From Leptolyngbyaceae cyanobacterium (GTDB lineage Bacteria > Cyanobacteriota > Cyanobacteriia > Phormidesmidales > Phormidesmidaceae): 64,000 nucleotides of DNA. Below, piece by piece: positions 20,971 to 32,107 of the stretch (position 1 is its first letter; every line of letters begins with the position of its first letter). Location: the NCBI GenBank assembly GCA_965263355.1, contig CBDHHL010000056.1, positions 1,312,001-1,376,000 of the forward strand, given 5' to 3'. A model generated the notes under the pieces. It was not told the DNA's origin. It searched no databases and saw only the letters and a program-made list of their open reading frames with translations. The position numbers and the translations under genes were made by a program.

Positions 20971-21199
20971 GAATCTGTAATTGCTAGTTGATATTTTTAG
21001 TAAAGAGCATCAATAGATTTTTCCAAAAAGAGATTTCAACTTAATCTGAAAAATCTTAGATAAGTTAGGATTCAGAGAATAAGGAGTAGAGAGGGTTGGA
21101 TTCTGATTTCTACCCTCTGAATCCTATCCTTAGAAAAACACTCCACTTTAATTTGCTGTTCTTAGCAAAATCCTGAAAATACTGGAAATAGAAAAGGTT

Positions 21200-22096
21200 C
21201 TATTTATGATGAGAGGCTAACTTGAGTTTTTGTATCATCTTTCTATCCTTACAACAAAGAACATCATGATACTTTGTACTTTCTGGCGTAAATTCTTGAA
21301 TAGGATTTAATATCGTTTCACAGTTTTGAGTATCAATGCCAAAAAGTGAAAAGCCATAATGTTCCATCTTTTGAAACAGAGAGATTTTTTCTTCTAATGG
21401 AATATGTGTGTTTTCAAATACGATAAATTTGAGTTTGTTTTGTTCTAGTAACCATGGTAATAGGTAAAGTTCTGCACCCTCTACATCAACTTTGGCACCA
21501 AAGTTTCTATCTGTTAATAGAGGTGGTAGATAGGTTTGAATATTTTTTACTTTCAAAGAAATCTTATCTGTTGCTTCTGAATCTTTGAATACAAAACTTG
21601 CTTCACCCGTGTGCTCACTAGAGCGACACATTTCAAGAACACCATCCTGGTTCATCAAGCCAACATCATGTAAAACCACGTTAGACAAGCTATTATTATG
21701 AATAGCATCCTTTAATCTATGACAAAGCTCAGGCTGAGGTTCAAAAAGATGAATTTCTCCATCAGAGCCTACAATATCCTGACACATTAAGCCAACTACA
21801 CCATAATTTGCACCGATATCTAAGAAAATGTCTCCTGGGCTCAGTAAAGATTGACATGTTTCAATAGTTTCTGGATAGGCTGAACCATATATATAGAGCA
21901 TTCTGCCGTTATAATCTTTAACATCCACAGTGATAGAGATGCCATTGTTAAGATGAGTCAGTATCTGAGTGTTTTGCTTTGGTAGTAAGAACTTGATATA
22001 ACGGCTATTGGACACTCGCTTATAAAGCGATCTTCCATTAGGTGAATATTTTAGAAAATATCGGATGATGTTTAAGATAGTTAGATTTAGGTTCAT
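21200..22096 (-). CDS. FkbM family methyltransferase
   Basis: FLDIGANYG, HLFEPQP, KVDVEGAE. Confidence 0.88.
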   Translation of the reverse strand: MNLNLTILNIIRYFLKYSPNGRSLYKRVSNSRYIKFLLPKQNTQILTHLNNGISITVDVKDYNGRMLYIYGSAYPETIETCQSLLSPGDIFLDIGANYGVVGLMCQDIVGSDGEIHLFEPQPELCHRLKDAIHNNSLSNVVLHDVGLMNQDGVLEMCRSSEHTGEASFVFKDSEATDKISLKVKNIQTYLPPLLTDRNFGAKVDVEGAELYLLPWLLEQNKLKFIVFENTHIPLEEKISLFQKMEHYGFSLFGIDTQNCETILNPIQEFTPESTKYHDVLCCKDRKMIQKLKLASHHK

Positions 22097-22159
22097 GTGA
22101 TTGTTTAGTTAGTGATTTTGCTGCTTACTTAATACAATTAGTGCTCTCTCAATACTTTT

Positions 22160-23173
22160 TCAGGATATTTCAGTATTTCTGATTCTTATATGAGTTTTAT
22201 CTGTGAGGTGAGGTTTCAACTGTTCAATTAAATCTGCTGTTCTAATTTTGACGCCTCGATTATGTAGATGATACTGAGAATCATAAAATAAGGAAATATC
22301 ATACATAGCCTGCTCTGGTGTCCCGATGATGGGAACTTCAAGATGTGCATAAAAATCTGCGATACTTTTGAAAAGGGATTGAGTATTGGGTTGTTGATAA
22401 ATCTCAAAACGAATTGTATTTGGCCATGTGGCTAATACTTCAATATCATTATCACGACAATATTTGATAAATTTCTCGATACTACTTAACCCTTTACTCT
22501 CAGATACGTAATGACTTTTTATCAAAGATTGCCAAGGCGGTAATTTGTCGCGCTTCTCAATTTGCTCTGCCGTCATGGTTTCTTCAAACATAATCGTTGC
22601 ATCACCATATTCATTCATACGGGAAAATTGTTCTTCTAAATCGATGTCCTCATTTTTGTCTCTAGACTCAATCCCTTCTACTAGTCTTAGAAAGCTTACA
22701 CCTCCCATGAATTTCATCTGAGTGTCCCACCCAGATTGTTTAAAGTAGGGATAGTCGCGTGCAAATATATAATCTATCGCAGTATTATTCGGCTCTCCAT
22801 TATAGAGGTAGCTCTCATACTCAAGCGGTAGTAGTACAACATCTCCAGGCTTAACCCATTTTTTTGCATTGTAGAAAATATAATCAATTCCTAGAGCAAA
22901 AGCAATACCGCCATTGAAACAGTTGATTTCAATCTCTTCTTCAATTTGCTGACAGCTCAGTCCTTGAAGTGAATTAGAACCAGAAATAAATACTAGTTTA
23001 TTCTGATCCTTAGGCATTTTTTGATATAGCTCATGCTTAACCAAAAGCGTCTTATGGCGAATTTCTGAACTTTTGGTTGGTGCACCAACCTGAGCATATA
23101 CTACACCTACATAAGTAAGACATAGAATAATTAACCCAGCAATAACACCTTGAAAGTATTTTCCGTATTTCAT
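22160..23173 (-). CDS. Membrane-anchored SGNH/DltD/AlgJ-like protein, partner of the MBOAT
   Basis: N-terminal TM helix, FISGSNS nucleophile-like motif, C-terminal FYDSQYHL (Asp/His); directly follows the MBOAT. Confidence 0.6.
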   Translation of the reverse strand: MKYGKYFQGVIAGLIILCLTYVGVVYAQVGAPTKSSEIRHKTLLVKHELYQKMPKDQNKLVFISGSNSLQGLSCQQIEEEIEINCFNGGIAFALGIDYIFYNAKKWVKPGDVVLLPLEYESYLYNGEPNNTAIDYIFARDYPYFKQSGWDTQMKFMGGVSFLRLVEGIESRDKNEDIDLEEQFSRMNEYGDATIMFEETMTAEQIEKRDKLPPWQSLIKSHYVSESKGLSSIEKFIKYCRDNDIEVLATWPNTIRFEIYQQPNTQSLFKSIADFYAHLEVPIIGTPEQAMYDISLFYDSQYHLHNRGVKIRTADLIEQLKPHLTDKTHIRIRNTEIS

Positions 23174-23175
23174 GC

Positions 23176-24681
23176 TTAGAAGTTAAAGTATAGAAACTCA
23201 CTACTAGGTGCCCGAAGAGCACACTTGACTGTCAAAAAAAGCAGTCCAGAAAGCGATAGACCAAATATGAAATTAGGCCGCCAATTTAAAGCTTTCCAAG
23301 TATTATCGGCTTTTTCAGATAGCTCGGTAATTGTGGGCTTGTAGTTCTGCATTAGCTGACTTATATTAGGCAATATTAAAACCCACAAGCATAGACCTAC
23401 AATCTGTATCAAGGTCTGTGGATAAACCTCTGAGAGTGATACTTGAAAGCCATTCAGACCTAGCATCGATTTCCATATATTCACTGCACTAGAAACTGTT
23501 TCCGCTCGAAATATTACCCAGCTAAAGACTACTAGTCCAAACGTTAGTAACTGTGCAGGTAATTTACTTATCCAATTTCCTTCTTTTGTGCTTTTATCAA
23601 ACAAATGTTTGGTTAACTTTCTCCAGACATGGTTTATGCTCAGGTAGAATCCATGAATACCCCCCCAAAGCACAAAAGTCCATCCAGCTCCGTGCCATAA
23701 TCCTCCAAGCAACATCGTAATCATCAAATTGCTAATTTGGCGTACCTGCCCATGACGATTGCCGCCTAGGGGAATATATAAATAGTCACGTAAGAAATTA
23801 GACAGTGTGATGTGCCAGCGACGCCAAAAGTCTGAAATATCAGTTGCTTTGTAAGGAGAATTAAAGTTGAGAGGCAATACAATTCCAAACATTCTGGCAA
23901 TACCCAATGCCATCTCTGAATAGCCAGAAAAGTCAAAGTACAGCTGAAAACTATAAGCAAGTGCTCCTATCCATGCCTGGCAAAGCGTTAGCGAATCTCC
24001 CCCTAATGAAGATGTAAACATCGTATTTGCAATAGGAGCCATATTGTCTGCAATAACAATTTTCTTGTAGAGTCCAGCACAAAAAATTGTTACGCCAACA
24101 GTAAAATCTTCGATATTAAACTGATATATTTTCTTATTCCTAAACTGATGCATCATCTCCTTGTGATGCACAATCGGTCCTGCAATCAGCTGAGGAAAGA
24201 AAGTCACAAATAGACAATAATCGAGAAAACTATATTCTTTAGTCTCACCACGATAGGCATCTACTAAATATGAAATTTGCTGAAATGTAAAAAAGGAAAT
24301 TGCTAAAGGTAATAGGATTTCAGGGTTATGTAAATCTAACCCTAGTAAAGCATTGAGTGATTCTATAAAGAAGTTAGCGTATTTAAAGTAACCTAGAAGA
24401 GCAATATTGATTATAATTCCACCTATTAGATAAGTTTGCTTTATTCGTATTTTTTTAGATGGTTGAATATTGCTAATATGATTTCCTAGAAAAAAATTAA
24501 ATCCGATAGAGCCTAAAATTAAAAATAAATAGTTTGGATTCCACCAGCTATAAAAAAATAAAGATGCTGCTGTAATTAATATGATAGATATCTTACGCAG
24601 TCCTATTAAGTTAGAACTAAAAAATAACAGTAGCGTTACAGGTAGAAATACAAATATAAATTCAGTAGAATTAAAGAGCAT
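23176..24681 (-). CDS. MBOAT O-acyltransferase (AlgI/DltB/PatA-like)
   Basis: MLFNS start, LPLAISFFTFQQISY, QLYFDFSGYS, FWRRWHITLS, GGLWHGAGW, EFLYFNF end. Confidence 0.93.
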   Translation of the reverse strand: MLFNSTEFIFVFLPVTLLLFFSSNLIGLRKISIILITAASLFFYSWWNPNYLFLILGSIGFNFFLGNHISNIQPSKKIRIKQTYLIGGIIINIALLGYFKYANFFIESLNALLGLDLHNPEILLPLAISFFTFQQISYLVDAYRGETKEYSFLDYCLFVTFFPQLIAGPIVHHKEMMHQFRNKKIYQFNIEDFTVGVTIFCAGLYKKIVIADNMAPIANTMFTSSLGGDSLTLCQAWIGALAYSFQLYFDFSGYSEMALGIARMFGIVLPLNFNSPYKATDISDFWRRWHITLSNFLRDYLYIPLGGNRHGQVRQISNLMITMLLGGLWHGAGWTFVLWGGIHGFYLSINHVWRKLTKHLFDKSTKEGNWISKLPAQLLTFGLVVFSWVIFRAETVSSAVNIWKSMLGLNGFQVSLSEVYPQTLIQIVGLCLWVLILPNISQLMQNYKPTITELSEKADNTWKALNWRPNFIFGLSLSGLLFLTVKCALRAPSSEFLYFNF

Positions 24682-24937
24682 GACTTAAATTCAATTTCTC
24701 AGTCCTATTGACTTTTCGATTAACCACTTTCTATGATAAAGAGACTTTAAAGACTTTTGCATAGAAAAAGAGTTTTTTGGGAAGTCCCTTCAAATTAAAA
24801 CTAAACTGTGATTTAAGCAATCTCCACAGTTTTCTATTACTGCCTAAGCAGCTTGCTGAAAATTTATGACTATACATACTCAACAAGCTGCTAAAAGGTT
24901 TCCGAATTAAGCTGCTATAACAAGTTAATCAACAAGA

Positions 24938-25807
24938 CTACCTTGTTATTCGCTGCTTCAGAGTAACTTCGGGATTAATCCAGCCAAATCTGGGCTCTAA
25001 ACCCAGCTTAATTTTCACCAGCTGTTTAGCTGCTAACAGAAGAAACAATGGACTCGTTTTTGCATAGCGTTTCCATAACCTCCGAGGCTCTTGTATTAAA
25101 CGATACAACCACTCAAGTCCACTCTTCTGAATCCAAACAGGAGCCCACTTCTTTTCACCAGCAAAGATCGGAAATACGCCACCTAGACCAACCATTACTG
25201 CCTGGACTCGGTCCTTATGCTCATGCATCCACCACTCTTGCTTAGGGCAACCTAATGACACCAGCACCAACCCAGCACCACTATCATTGATCTCCTGCAC
25301 TAACGCCTCATCCTCATCCCGAGTTAACGGCCTAAACGGTGGCGATACCATTCCCACCACGTTTAAAGAAGGAAATTCTACCTTCAACCGTTGTTCCATG
25401 CCATATAACACTCCAGGGGTGGAGCCTAAGAAAAAGACACTAATATCTTGCTGAGCCGCTTTCTTACACAAACTCAACAAAATATCCATCCCCGCTACCC
25501 GATCCTGCTTGCGCCTTCTGAGACGACTAGTCACCCATACCAGCGGCATACCATCCGGCGTCAGCATATCCGCCTGGTACAAAACCCTAGCAAACCCCTC
25601 ATGGGCCTTTGCCTCAATTAACATATGCACATTGGCCACACACACGACCTTACTAAGTCGCTGATGTGCCCAGCCCAGCATAGTATCAATTTGCCTAGAA
25701 AACGGTTCTGCGGTTACAGGAAAACTTATTACACTTTGCGTTTCCAGGGTTTGATTATTCTCCTGCCAAAGGTCTATAAGGCTGGACTTAGTAGTCGAAT
25801 ACAGCAT
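24938..25807 (-). CDS. WecB/TagA/CpsF family glycosyltransferase
   Basis: VANVHML, PDGMPLVW, RVAGMD, SPPFRP, LGCPKQE, GLEWLYRLIQEPRRLWKRY. Confidence 0.92.
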   Translation of the reverse strand: MLYSTTKSSLIDLWQENNQTLETQSVISFPVTAEPFSRQIDTMLGWAHQRLSKVVCVANVHMLIEAKAHEGFARVLYQADMLTPDGMPLVWVTSRLRRRKQDRVAGMDILLSLCKKAAQQDISVFFLGSTPGVLYGMEQRLKVEFPSLNVVGMVSPPFRPLTRDEDEALVQEINDSGAGLVLVSLGCPKQEWWMHEHKDRVQAVMVGLGGVFPIFAGEKKWAPVWIQKSGLEWLYRLIQEPRRLWKRYAKTSPLFLLLAAKQLVKIKLGLEPRFGWINPEVTLKQRITR

Positions 25808-26846
25808 AATGACTCTCGAATCTCTCTAAGGGCGGGTTACAAATGATTTCAGTTCATAAGGTGATCACTCAAAGCAAACAACCTATGAGAATGTATTGAC
25901 AAGTTTGCTACTTTGATCTACCAATCTGTTATTACTAATGAATGCGCTAATGGCTAAGAAATGCTTACCGTGCAGCTTATTATCATGGTTTCTGTTAGCA
26001 CATTTATAGATCATGAAATGCACTGTTGCTGCTGCCAGACTGACGAAGTTTAAAGACGTTCAAACAACCTGACACCAAGTATTTTATTTGTTTTTCACTT
26101 ATCTATATAGGCACACTTGTGCTACACAAGGACCTACTTAACAACAGGTTAGTGATATGCGCCCCGAAATTCCAATTAACAGATGCCTACTCAAAAATAG
26201 GAAAATTAATGGAACAACTTTCTATTCATTGTCTTCAAACTATCTCAGGAGAATTACCTATTAATCAAAAATTATTGATTAGATAAAACTCCAAAACCCT
26301 GAAATGTGTTGATAGATCCTCTGACTCATGGGCACAAGCAAAAAACTAGGGCAGAATTTATTCCTGCTGATTTACCTTACGTTACATTAACCCGAGAAAA
26401 CGGACATAAATTAACATCTACACGGAAATTACACATTACTTGCTGCAGGTTTACCATGGTACCTTCATGACTTTTTTATGAAGCTATGCCATTAATTTTA
26501 TGAACACCCTGCTTCTGAGTCAGTATAGACAAAAAAAATTGCTCTGTCATTGTATGGACGAAAAAAGTTCCCCCGCCCATACAAAAAATAAATATCCCTG
26601 TAGGGTTACTCCCTTGTGGATGCCCGTCGATACTGGGCGCTATTAGCCAGGATTACATAGGTCTATCTGACAAAGATTAGCTTCTGTCAAAATCAACCTT
26701 GCTCCTTCGCCCCCTGCTCCCATTTCCCCATTCTCCAAAAACTATTAAATTCAATCCAACGGTTTAAAAATCAAACGGATTAATACAGTTCGCTGCAGAA
26801 AACTAATACACCTCTAAAGGTTTGCCTTTTTGCAGCCTGGCACAGT

Positions 26847-28343
26847 GTGTTTGAAGCTTGTGTGCTCATGTCTCACATTGCAATCCGCTTGATACCTATG
26901 TTGAATCGTCACTCCTCCCAGTCAACCTTAGCCCTCCTTTCCATTGCCCTATGGGCAATCGGTATCTCGCCGGCCCCCGCCAGGGCAAATCTGCCACCCT
27001 TACCAAATAATGGTCTTGCCGAGGTTGCTACCCCCACAGTTGAAACCCCTTATACCCTCGGGGCCGGTGACGTTGTTGGCATTGATATCTTTAGAGTGCC
27101 GCAATACAGTGGTGAGCGTGAAGTACAGGTAGATGGCACCCTAAATTTACCATTAGTAGGCCCCGTCGATGTCACAGGCCTCACCATCGAAGAAACCACA
27201 GCACTCTTGTCTAATAAATATGGTCAATATCTAAGACGGCCCATAGTCACACTGAGTTTATTAACTCGACGGCCATTACAAGTCGGCATTTCTGGCGAAA
27301 TCAATACGCCAGGGGCCTATACCCTCACCCAAACCGGGACCCAGGCACCCCGACTAACGCAACTACTGGAACAGGCTGGCGGCGTTACCCAGGTAGCCGA
27401 TATTAGCCACGTAGAAATTCAACGCATGGAACGCAACGGCCTCAAGGTCTTTAGCATTGATCTATGGCAGCTATTGGAAACGGGTAACTCTCGATACGAT
27501 ATTTCCTTGAGGGATGGCGATTCGATTTTTATTCCCACCGGTACGCTCTCCCTGAAAGCAGCCTCTCGTTTAGCCGATGCCAGTTTTGCTGCCAGTGTCA
27601 GTGAATCAATTAATGTGGCTGTTATTGGTGAAGTCTATCGCCCAGGTCCCTACACCCTCCAGGGCGGTCTGGCCACCACCCGTGATGCCGGGGTACCAGG
27701 GGCATCCGCTAGTTCCAGTGCGCCTACCACTGTCACCAGCGCACTCCAGGTGGCCGGTGGCATCAAACCCCGAGCCGACATTCGTAAGGTGCAAGTAGTC
27801 CGACCAACCCGGACGGGCGGCACCCAGGTGATCGATGTGGACCTGTGGCAGCTGTTGGAAGTGGGCGATGTCTATCAAGATGTGGTGCTGCAGCCCAACG
27901 ATACTATCTTTGTTCCCGTGGCAACGGCCATCAGTCCTGAGGAATTACCCACAGTTATTGGCTCTAGCCTCTCTCCCAATGCGATTCGTGTCAACATTGT
28001 TGGCGAGGTTACCCAAGCAGGTCTTCGAGAAGTTCCACCGGATACCACCCTTAATCAGGCAATCTTAGCAGCGGGAGGCTTTAATAACCGGGCGAAGGAA
28101 AGCAAAGTCGAACTAATTCGTCTGAATCCGGATGGCACCGTCACCCGTGAAACAATTCCTGTGGACTTTGCCCAGGGGATCAATGATGCCAATAATCCTA
28201 TTTTGCAAAATAATGACGTGGTTATCGTCAACCCATCGTCCCTGGCTCGTATTACAGATGAGATTGGCGCAGTGTTAGGTCCCGTTGGTCAAGTGATTAA
28301 TAACGTGATTTCCCCCCTCAGGTTCCTCAACATACTCGATTAG
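26847..28343 (+). CDS. wza: Polysaccharide export protein (Wza/OPX, SLBB repeats)
   Basis: YTLGAGD...DGTLNLPLVG poly_export domain and three SLBB repeats; the true start is probably 26868 or later. Confidence 0.88.
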   Translation: MFEACVLMSHIAIRLIPMLNRHSSQSTLALLSIALWAIGISPAPARANLPPLPNNGLAEVATPTVETPYTLGAGDVVGIDIFRVPQYSGEREVQVDGTLNLPLVGPVDVTGLTIEETTALLSNKYGQYLRRPIVTLSLLTRRPLQVGISGEINTPGAYTLTQTGTQAPRLTQLLEQAGGVTQVADISHVEIQRMERNGLKVFSIDLWQLLETGNSRYDISLRDGDSIFIPTGTLSLKAASRLADASFAASVSESINVAVIGEVYRPGPYTLQGGLATTRDAGVPGASASSSAPTTVTSALQVAGGIKPRADIRKVQVVRPTRTGGTQVIDVDLWQLLEVGDVYQDVVLQPNDTIFVPVATAISPEELPTVIGSSLSPNAIRVNIVGEVTQAGLREVPPDTTLNQAILAAGGFNNRAKESKVELIRLNPDGTVTRETIPVDFAQGINDANNPILQNNDVVIVNPSSLARITDEIGAVLGPVGQVINNVISPLRFLNILD

Positions 28344-28360
28344 AGAATAACAACTTAAAG

Positions 28361-28384
28361 CCCCCAAGATTGGGGGTTGGGGGC
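28361..28384. repeat. Short cyanobacterial-type palindromic repeat
   Basis: CCCCCAA-GA-TTGGGGG followed by TTGGGGGC, between wza and wzc. Confidence 0.5.
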
Positions 28385-28465
28385 ATGGATAACTAATGGA
28401 TTCTTTTCCAAAAATATCCTCAGATTTTTTTTTAACTACTGACCTTTATTATTTATCTTCTACCC

Positions 28466-30649
28466 ATGAGAGCCGATACACTTCCCGCTTCCTCCGCTAG
28501 GATAGTCCCAGAGCGCATACTGACAGAAGACGAAGGTGGTCTCAATGTGGGTGCCCTACTTAAAACTCTGCAGCGTAAATGGTGGTTAATCACAGGGGTA
28601 ACTGTAGCTACCATGGGCCTAGCTGCCGTTAGAGTATTAACTGAAACGCCTATATACAACGGTGGTTTTGAAATCTTAGTTCAGGCTCAAAGTACTGAGA
28701 CTGAGGTGATTTCCAACATTCCAGAAACGTTTACTGGACAAGATCGAGAACAATTGCAATCGACCCTGGTTGATGGCGATTTACTCAAAATCTTGACGGG
28801 GCCTAAAGTTTTGCAACCTGTCGTCGAAGGAATTAAAGATAGATATCCCGACTATTGTCCATCGACATTGCCGGGGGTAGCTCTACCTGAGTCTGGTAGC
28901 AATCAGTTGAGTGTTAACTATGATCCTTGTTATCAGGTTTTAGTAAAACGGCTACGTGTGGCACCGTTGGGTCAAGGTTCAGATATCATTCGGGTGACAT
29001 TGTTAGATCCTGATCCACAAACGGTGCAGGTGATTTTAGATTTAGTATCCCAGGCCTATCTCACCTTTAGTCTAGAGTCCAAACAGGCGGATATTCGTCG
29101 TGCCATTGAGTTTGTTGAGCAAAAGTTACCCGATCTGACTAAAAAAGTAGAATCTCTGCAGGATCAGCTGCAAGCCCTACGGTTAAATTTCAATATTATT
29201 GATCCTGATTCCCGTGGGTCCCAGTTGGCAGGACAAGTAGGGGCATTTTCTAAACAACAGCTTGATCTGCAAATTGCCTTAGAACAAAATCGGGCCAACT
29301 ATGAGAACCTGCGGGCTCAGTTAAGTGGCCCTCAAGAACAGGCATCTTCGTCTGCTTTAGCGCAAAACCCTAGATACCAGACATTGCTTAATAGTTTGCT
29401 AGAGCTAGATGCCCAAATTGCAGAGGCATCGACTCTATATCTTGATAGTAGTCCTGATATGGAGGTACTAAAAGAACAACGCCAGAAATTACTACTGCTC
29501 CTGGAGCAACAGGGGGAACAATCTCAACGGGATCTGGCGAGTCAAATGCAGGAACTGGAAGCCCAAGAGCGTTCTTTAAATCGGACCTTGCAGGGGTTAA
29601 GTTCAGAGGTAGATGAACTCTCTGGCATTTCGCGGGAATATTTGGAAATTCAGCGAGAGCTAGGGATTGCGACGGAAAACCTGAATCAATTTTTGGCCAA
29701 GCAAGCGGCGTTAGAAATTGACGCGGCCCAGCGAGAAATTCCTTGGGAAATTGTTACGCCTCCTACAGAATTTCCCGTACCGCCAACCAGTCTGTTGCAG
29801 AATTTGCTATTAGGGGGAGTACTTGGACTGCTATTGGGTTCGGCACTTGCGCTGCTACTAGATAAGTCAGCCGGTGTGCTTTATTCAGACAAAGACATCC
29901 AGCGGGCAATGATGCCGTTTCCCATTTTGGGTAAAATCCCTGTTCCCCAGATTGTTACCCAAAATGTTTTTGCACCCAGAAAATCCTTACAATTGGCTAC
30001 GGATAAATCTTCTTCTGGAAGAGAAAAAACTGACAGTTCAACTGTCTACACTGAAGATCCGTTTATGGAGGCATTTCGCTCACTCTATACCAACCTCAGA
30101 TTGAGTAGTGTCGATCACCCCCTAAAATCGGTAGTGGTCAGTTCTGTTATGGAAGGGGAAGGGAAATCTATTGCCGCCATCCATTTGGCTGAGGCAGCCA
30201 CACTAATGGGACAGCGGGTACTGCTGGTGGATACAAACCTGCGGGCTCCTAAGATTCACAGCTATCTGAAATTACCCAATGATGCGGGTTTAACGGACCT
30301 TGCCTTGAGTGATCCCAGTGCTATCACTAAAAGTACGTTTTTACATGAGCCGATTGATGGCCTTAAGGTGCTCTGTGCCGGTACCAAGGGCCATGATGCT
30401 GGCCATATCTTGACAACTAAGCGGGTGCAGCGACTGATTCAACAACTTAAAACTAGATTTGACTTAGTGGTGTTTGATGCACCATCTTTGCTAGGCCAGT
30501 CAGACGCGTTCTTAATTGCGGAACAAGCAGATGGCATGTTGATTGTTGCCCGTCCCGGTCAACTTAAGCAAAGCCTGGTTGACCAGGCCATGGACCAAAT
30601 TACCATCGCTAATGCCAATGTCTTTGGCGTCGCTGTCCGAGAAAACTAA
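28466..30649 (+). CDS. wzc: Polysaccharide co-polymerase / tyrosine-kinase-like (Wzc/GumC)
   Basis: Two TM helices flank a coiled-coil periplasmic domain; EAFRSLYTNL, Walker A SVMEGEGKS, VLLVDTNLR, VVFDAP. Confidence 0.9.
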   Translation: MRADTLPASSARIVPERILTEDEGGLNVGALLKTLQRKWWLITGVTVATMGLAAVRVLTETPIYNGGFEILVQAQSTETEVISNIPETFTGQDREQLQSTLVDGDLLKILTGPKVLQPVVEGIKDRYPDYCPSTLPGVALPESGSNQLSVNYDPCYQVLVKRLRVAPLGQGSDIIRVTLLDPDPQTVQVILDLVSQAYLTFSLESKQADIRRAIEFVEQKLPDLTKKVESLQDQLQALRLNFNIIDPDSRGSQLAGQVGAFSKQQLDLQIALEQNRANYENLRAQLSGPQEQASSSALAQNPRYQTLLNSLLELDAQIAEASTLYLDSSPDMEVLKEQRQKLLLLLEQQGEQSQRDLASQMQELEAQERSLNRTLQGLSSEVDELSGISREYLEIQRELGIATENLNQFLAKQAALEIDAAQREIPWEIVTPPTEFPVPPTSLLQNLLLGGVLGLLLGSALALLLDKSAGVLYSDKDIQRAMMPFPILGKIPVPQIVTQNVFAPRKSLQLATDKSSSGREKTDSSTVYTEDPFMEAFRSLYTNLRLSSVDHPLKSVVVSSVMEGEGKSIAAIHLAEAATLMGQRVLLVDTNLRAPKIHSYLKLPNDAGLTDLALSDPSAITKSTFLHEPIDGLKVLCAGTKGHDAGHILTTKRVQRLIQQLKTRFDLVVFDAPSLLGQSDAFLIAEQADGMLIVARPGQLKQSLVDQAMDQITIANANVFGVAVREN

Positions 30650-30975
30650 GAGATTTACAGAAAACGACTTCAGTGCCTGTTAAAGAGATTAATTTTGAGC
30701 TGGTTTATGTGAGCTAGGCCACAATTGAAGGTGCTCATAGAGCCTAAGCCTCTATGTGTTGTTTTATCAATATCTCACACTTTCTTGATTTAAGTTCATA
30801 GCCTTTAAAGATAACGTGATGATTATGACAAATAAACAACTATTTATTTGGTTCCCAACGATGGAGTAAGTATAAGTATGCAGTCCTCTTAGGAATAAAT
30901 GCATTCCTTGAACACCATATATTTGGCTATTAGAGCTATCTATTAACACGTTTATTGATTAAGGAAGTTGAAAAT

Positions 30976-32040
30976 ATGATTCAGACCAAACGTGCACTAA
31001 TTACAGGAATCACAGGTCAAGATGGATCTTACCTTGCAGAATTTTTATTAGAAAAAGGCTACGAGGTCCACGGAATTATTCGCCGTACCTCAACGTTCAA
31101 CACAGATCGTATTGATCATATTTATATTGACCCCCACAGCGATAATGCTCGTCTATTTCTCCACTACGGTGACCTCAATGATGGCACCATGTTGCGGCGC
31201 ATTCTAGAGCAAGTTAAGCCCGATGAAGTCTATAATCTTGGGGCTCAGTCTCACGTACGTGTCAGCTTTGATTCTCCAGAATATACCGTTGATACGGTAG
31301 CCATGGGAGCCCTACGCCTTATGGAAGCTATTCGTGACTATCAGCAACGTACGGATGCAGAAGTGCGTTTCTATCAAGCAGGCTCTTCCGAAATGTTCGG
31401 TAAGGTTCAAGAAATCCCCCAGAAAGAAACGACTCCCTTTTATCCCCGCAGTCCTTATGCCTGCGCTAAGGTCTATGCCCACTGGCAGACTGTTAACTAT
31501 CGTGAGTCCTATAATATGTTTGCCTGCAATGGCATACTGTTTAACCATGAGTCCCCCCGTCGTGGTGAAACCTTTGTAACTCGAAAAATCACTCGTGCTG
31601 TGGCCCGGATTGTGGCTGGTCGTCAGCAGACTCTTTACCTTGGTAATTTGGATTCTAAGCGGGACTGGGGCTATGCGAAAGACTATGTCCGTGCTATGTG
31701 GCTAATGCTACAGCAGGATGAGCCTGATGATTATGTTGTTGCTACAGGTGAAACCCATACTATCAAAGAGTTTTTAGATATTGCCTTTGCTTATGTCAAC
31801 CTTGACTGGCATGATTACGTCAAATTTGATCCTCGCTATCTGCGTCCCGCTGAAGTCGATATTCTGATCGGTGATCCGACATATACCAAGGAAAAATTGG
31901 GCTGGAAACCTTCCATCAACTTTCCAGGTTTAGTTAAGCTCATGGTAGATGGAGATTTAGAAGCTATCGGCCTAGACCCGGTCAGTCAGCAGTCTGATGC
32001 AGCTACCGTACGGACTGCTATTGCTGGTGTGATGTCCTAG
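30976..32040 (+). CDS. gmd: GDP-mannose 4,6-dehydratase
   Basis: [58 protein letters not shown]. Confidence 0.97.
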   Translation: MIQTKRALITGITGQDGSYLAEFLLEKGYEVHGIIRRTSTFNTDRIDHIYIDPHSDNARLFLHYGDLNDGTMLRRILEQVKPDEVYNLGAQSHVRVSFDSPEYTVDTVAMGALRLMEAIRDYQQRTDAEVRFYQAGSSEMFGKVQEIPQKETTPFYPRSPYACAKVYAHWQTVNYRESYNMFACNGILFNHESPRRGETFVTRKITRAVARIVAGRQQTLYLGNLDSKRDWGYAKDYVRAMWLMLQQDEPDDYVVATGETHTIKEFLDIAFAYVNLDWHDYVKFDPRYLRPAEVDILIGDPTYTKEKLGWKPSINFPGLVKLMVDGDLEAIGLDPVSQQSDAATVRTAIAGVMS

Positions 32041-32074
32041 GGTTTTCTCGGTTAATTGCACTCAATAGTCTAAA

Positions 32075-32107
32075 CGCCTCCTTTTGAATAAGTCTTCTAG
32101 GGAGGCG
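32075..32107 (+). terminator. Possible hairpin after gmd
   Basis: CGCCTCC...GGAGGCG stem about 35 nt after the stop; long loop and weak U tail. Confidence 0.35.

Noticed and set aside
25808..26846. Possible hidden gene or ncRNA in the 1-kb divergent spacer
   Set aside because: No convincing ORF, RNA motif or repeat array found; most simply a divergent promoter region.
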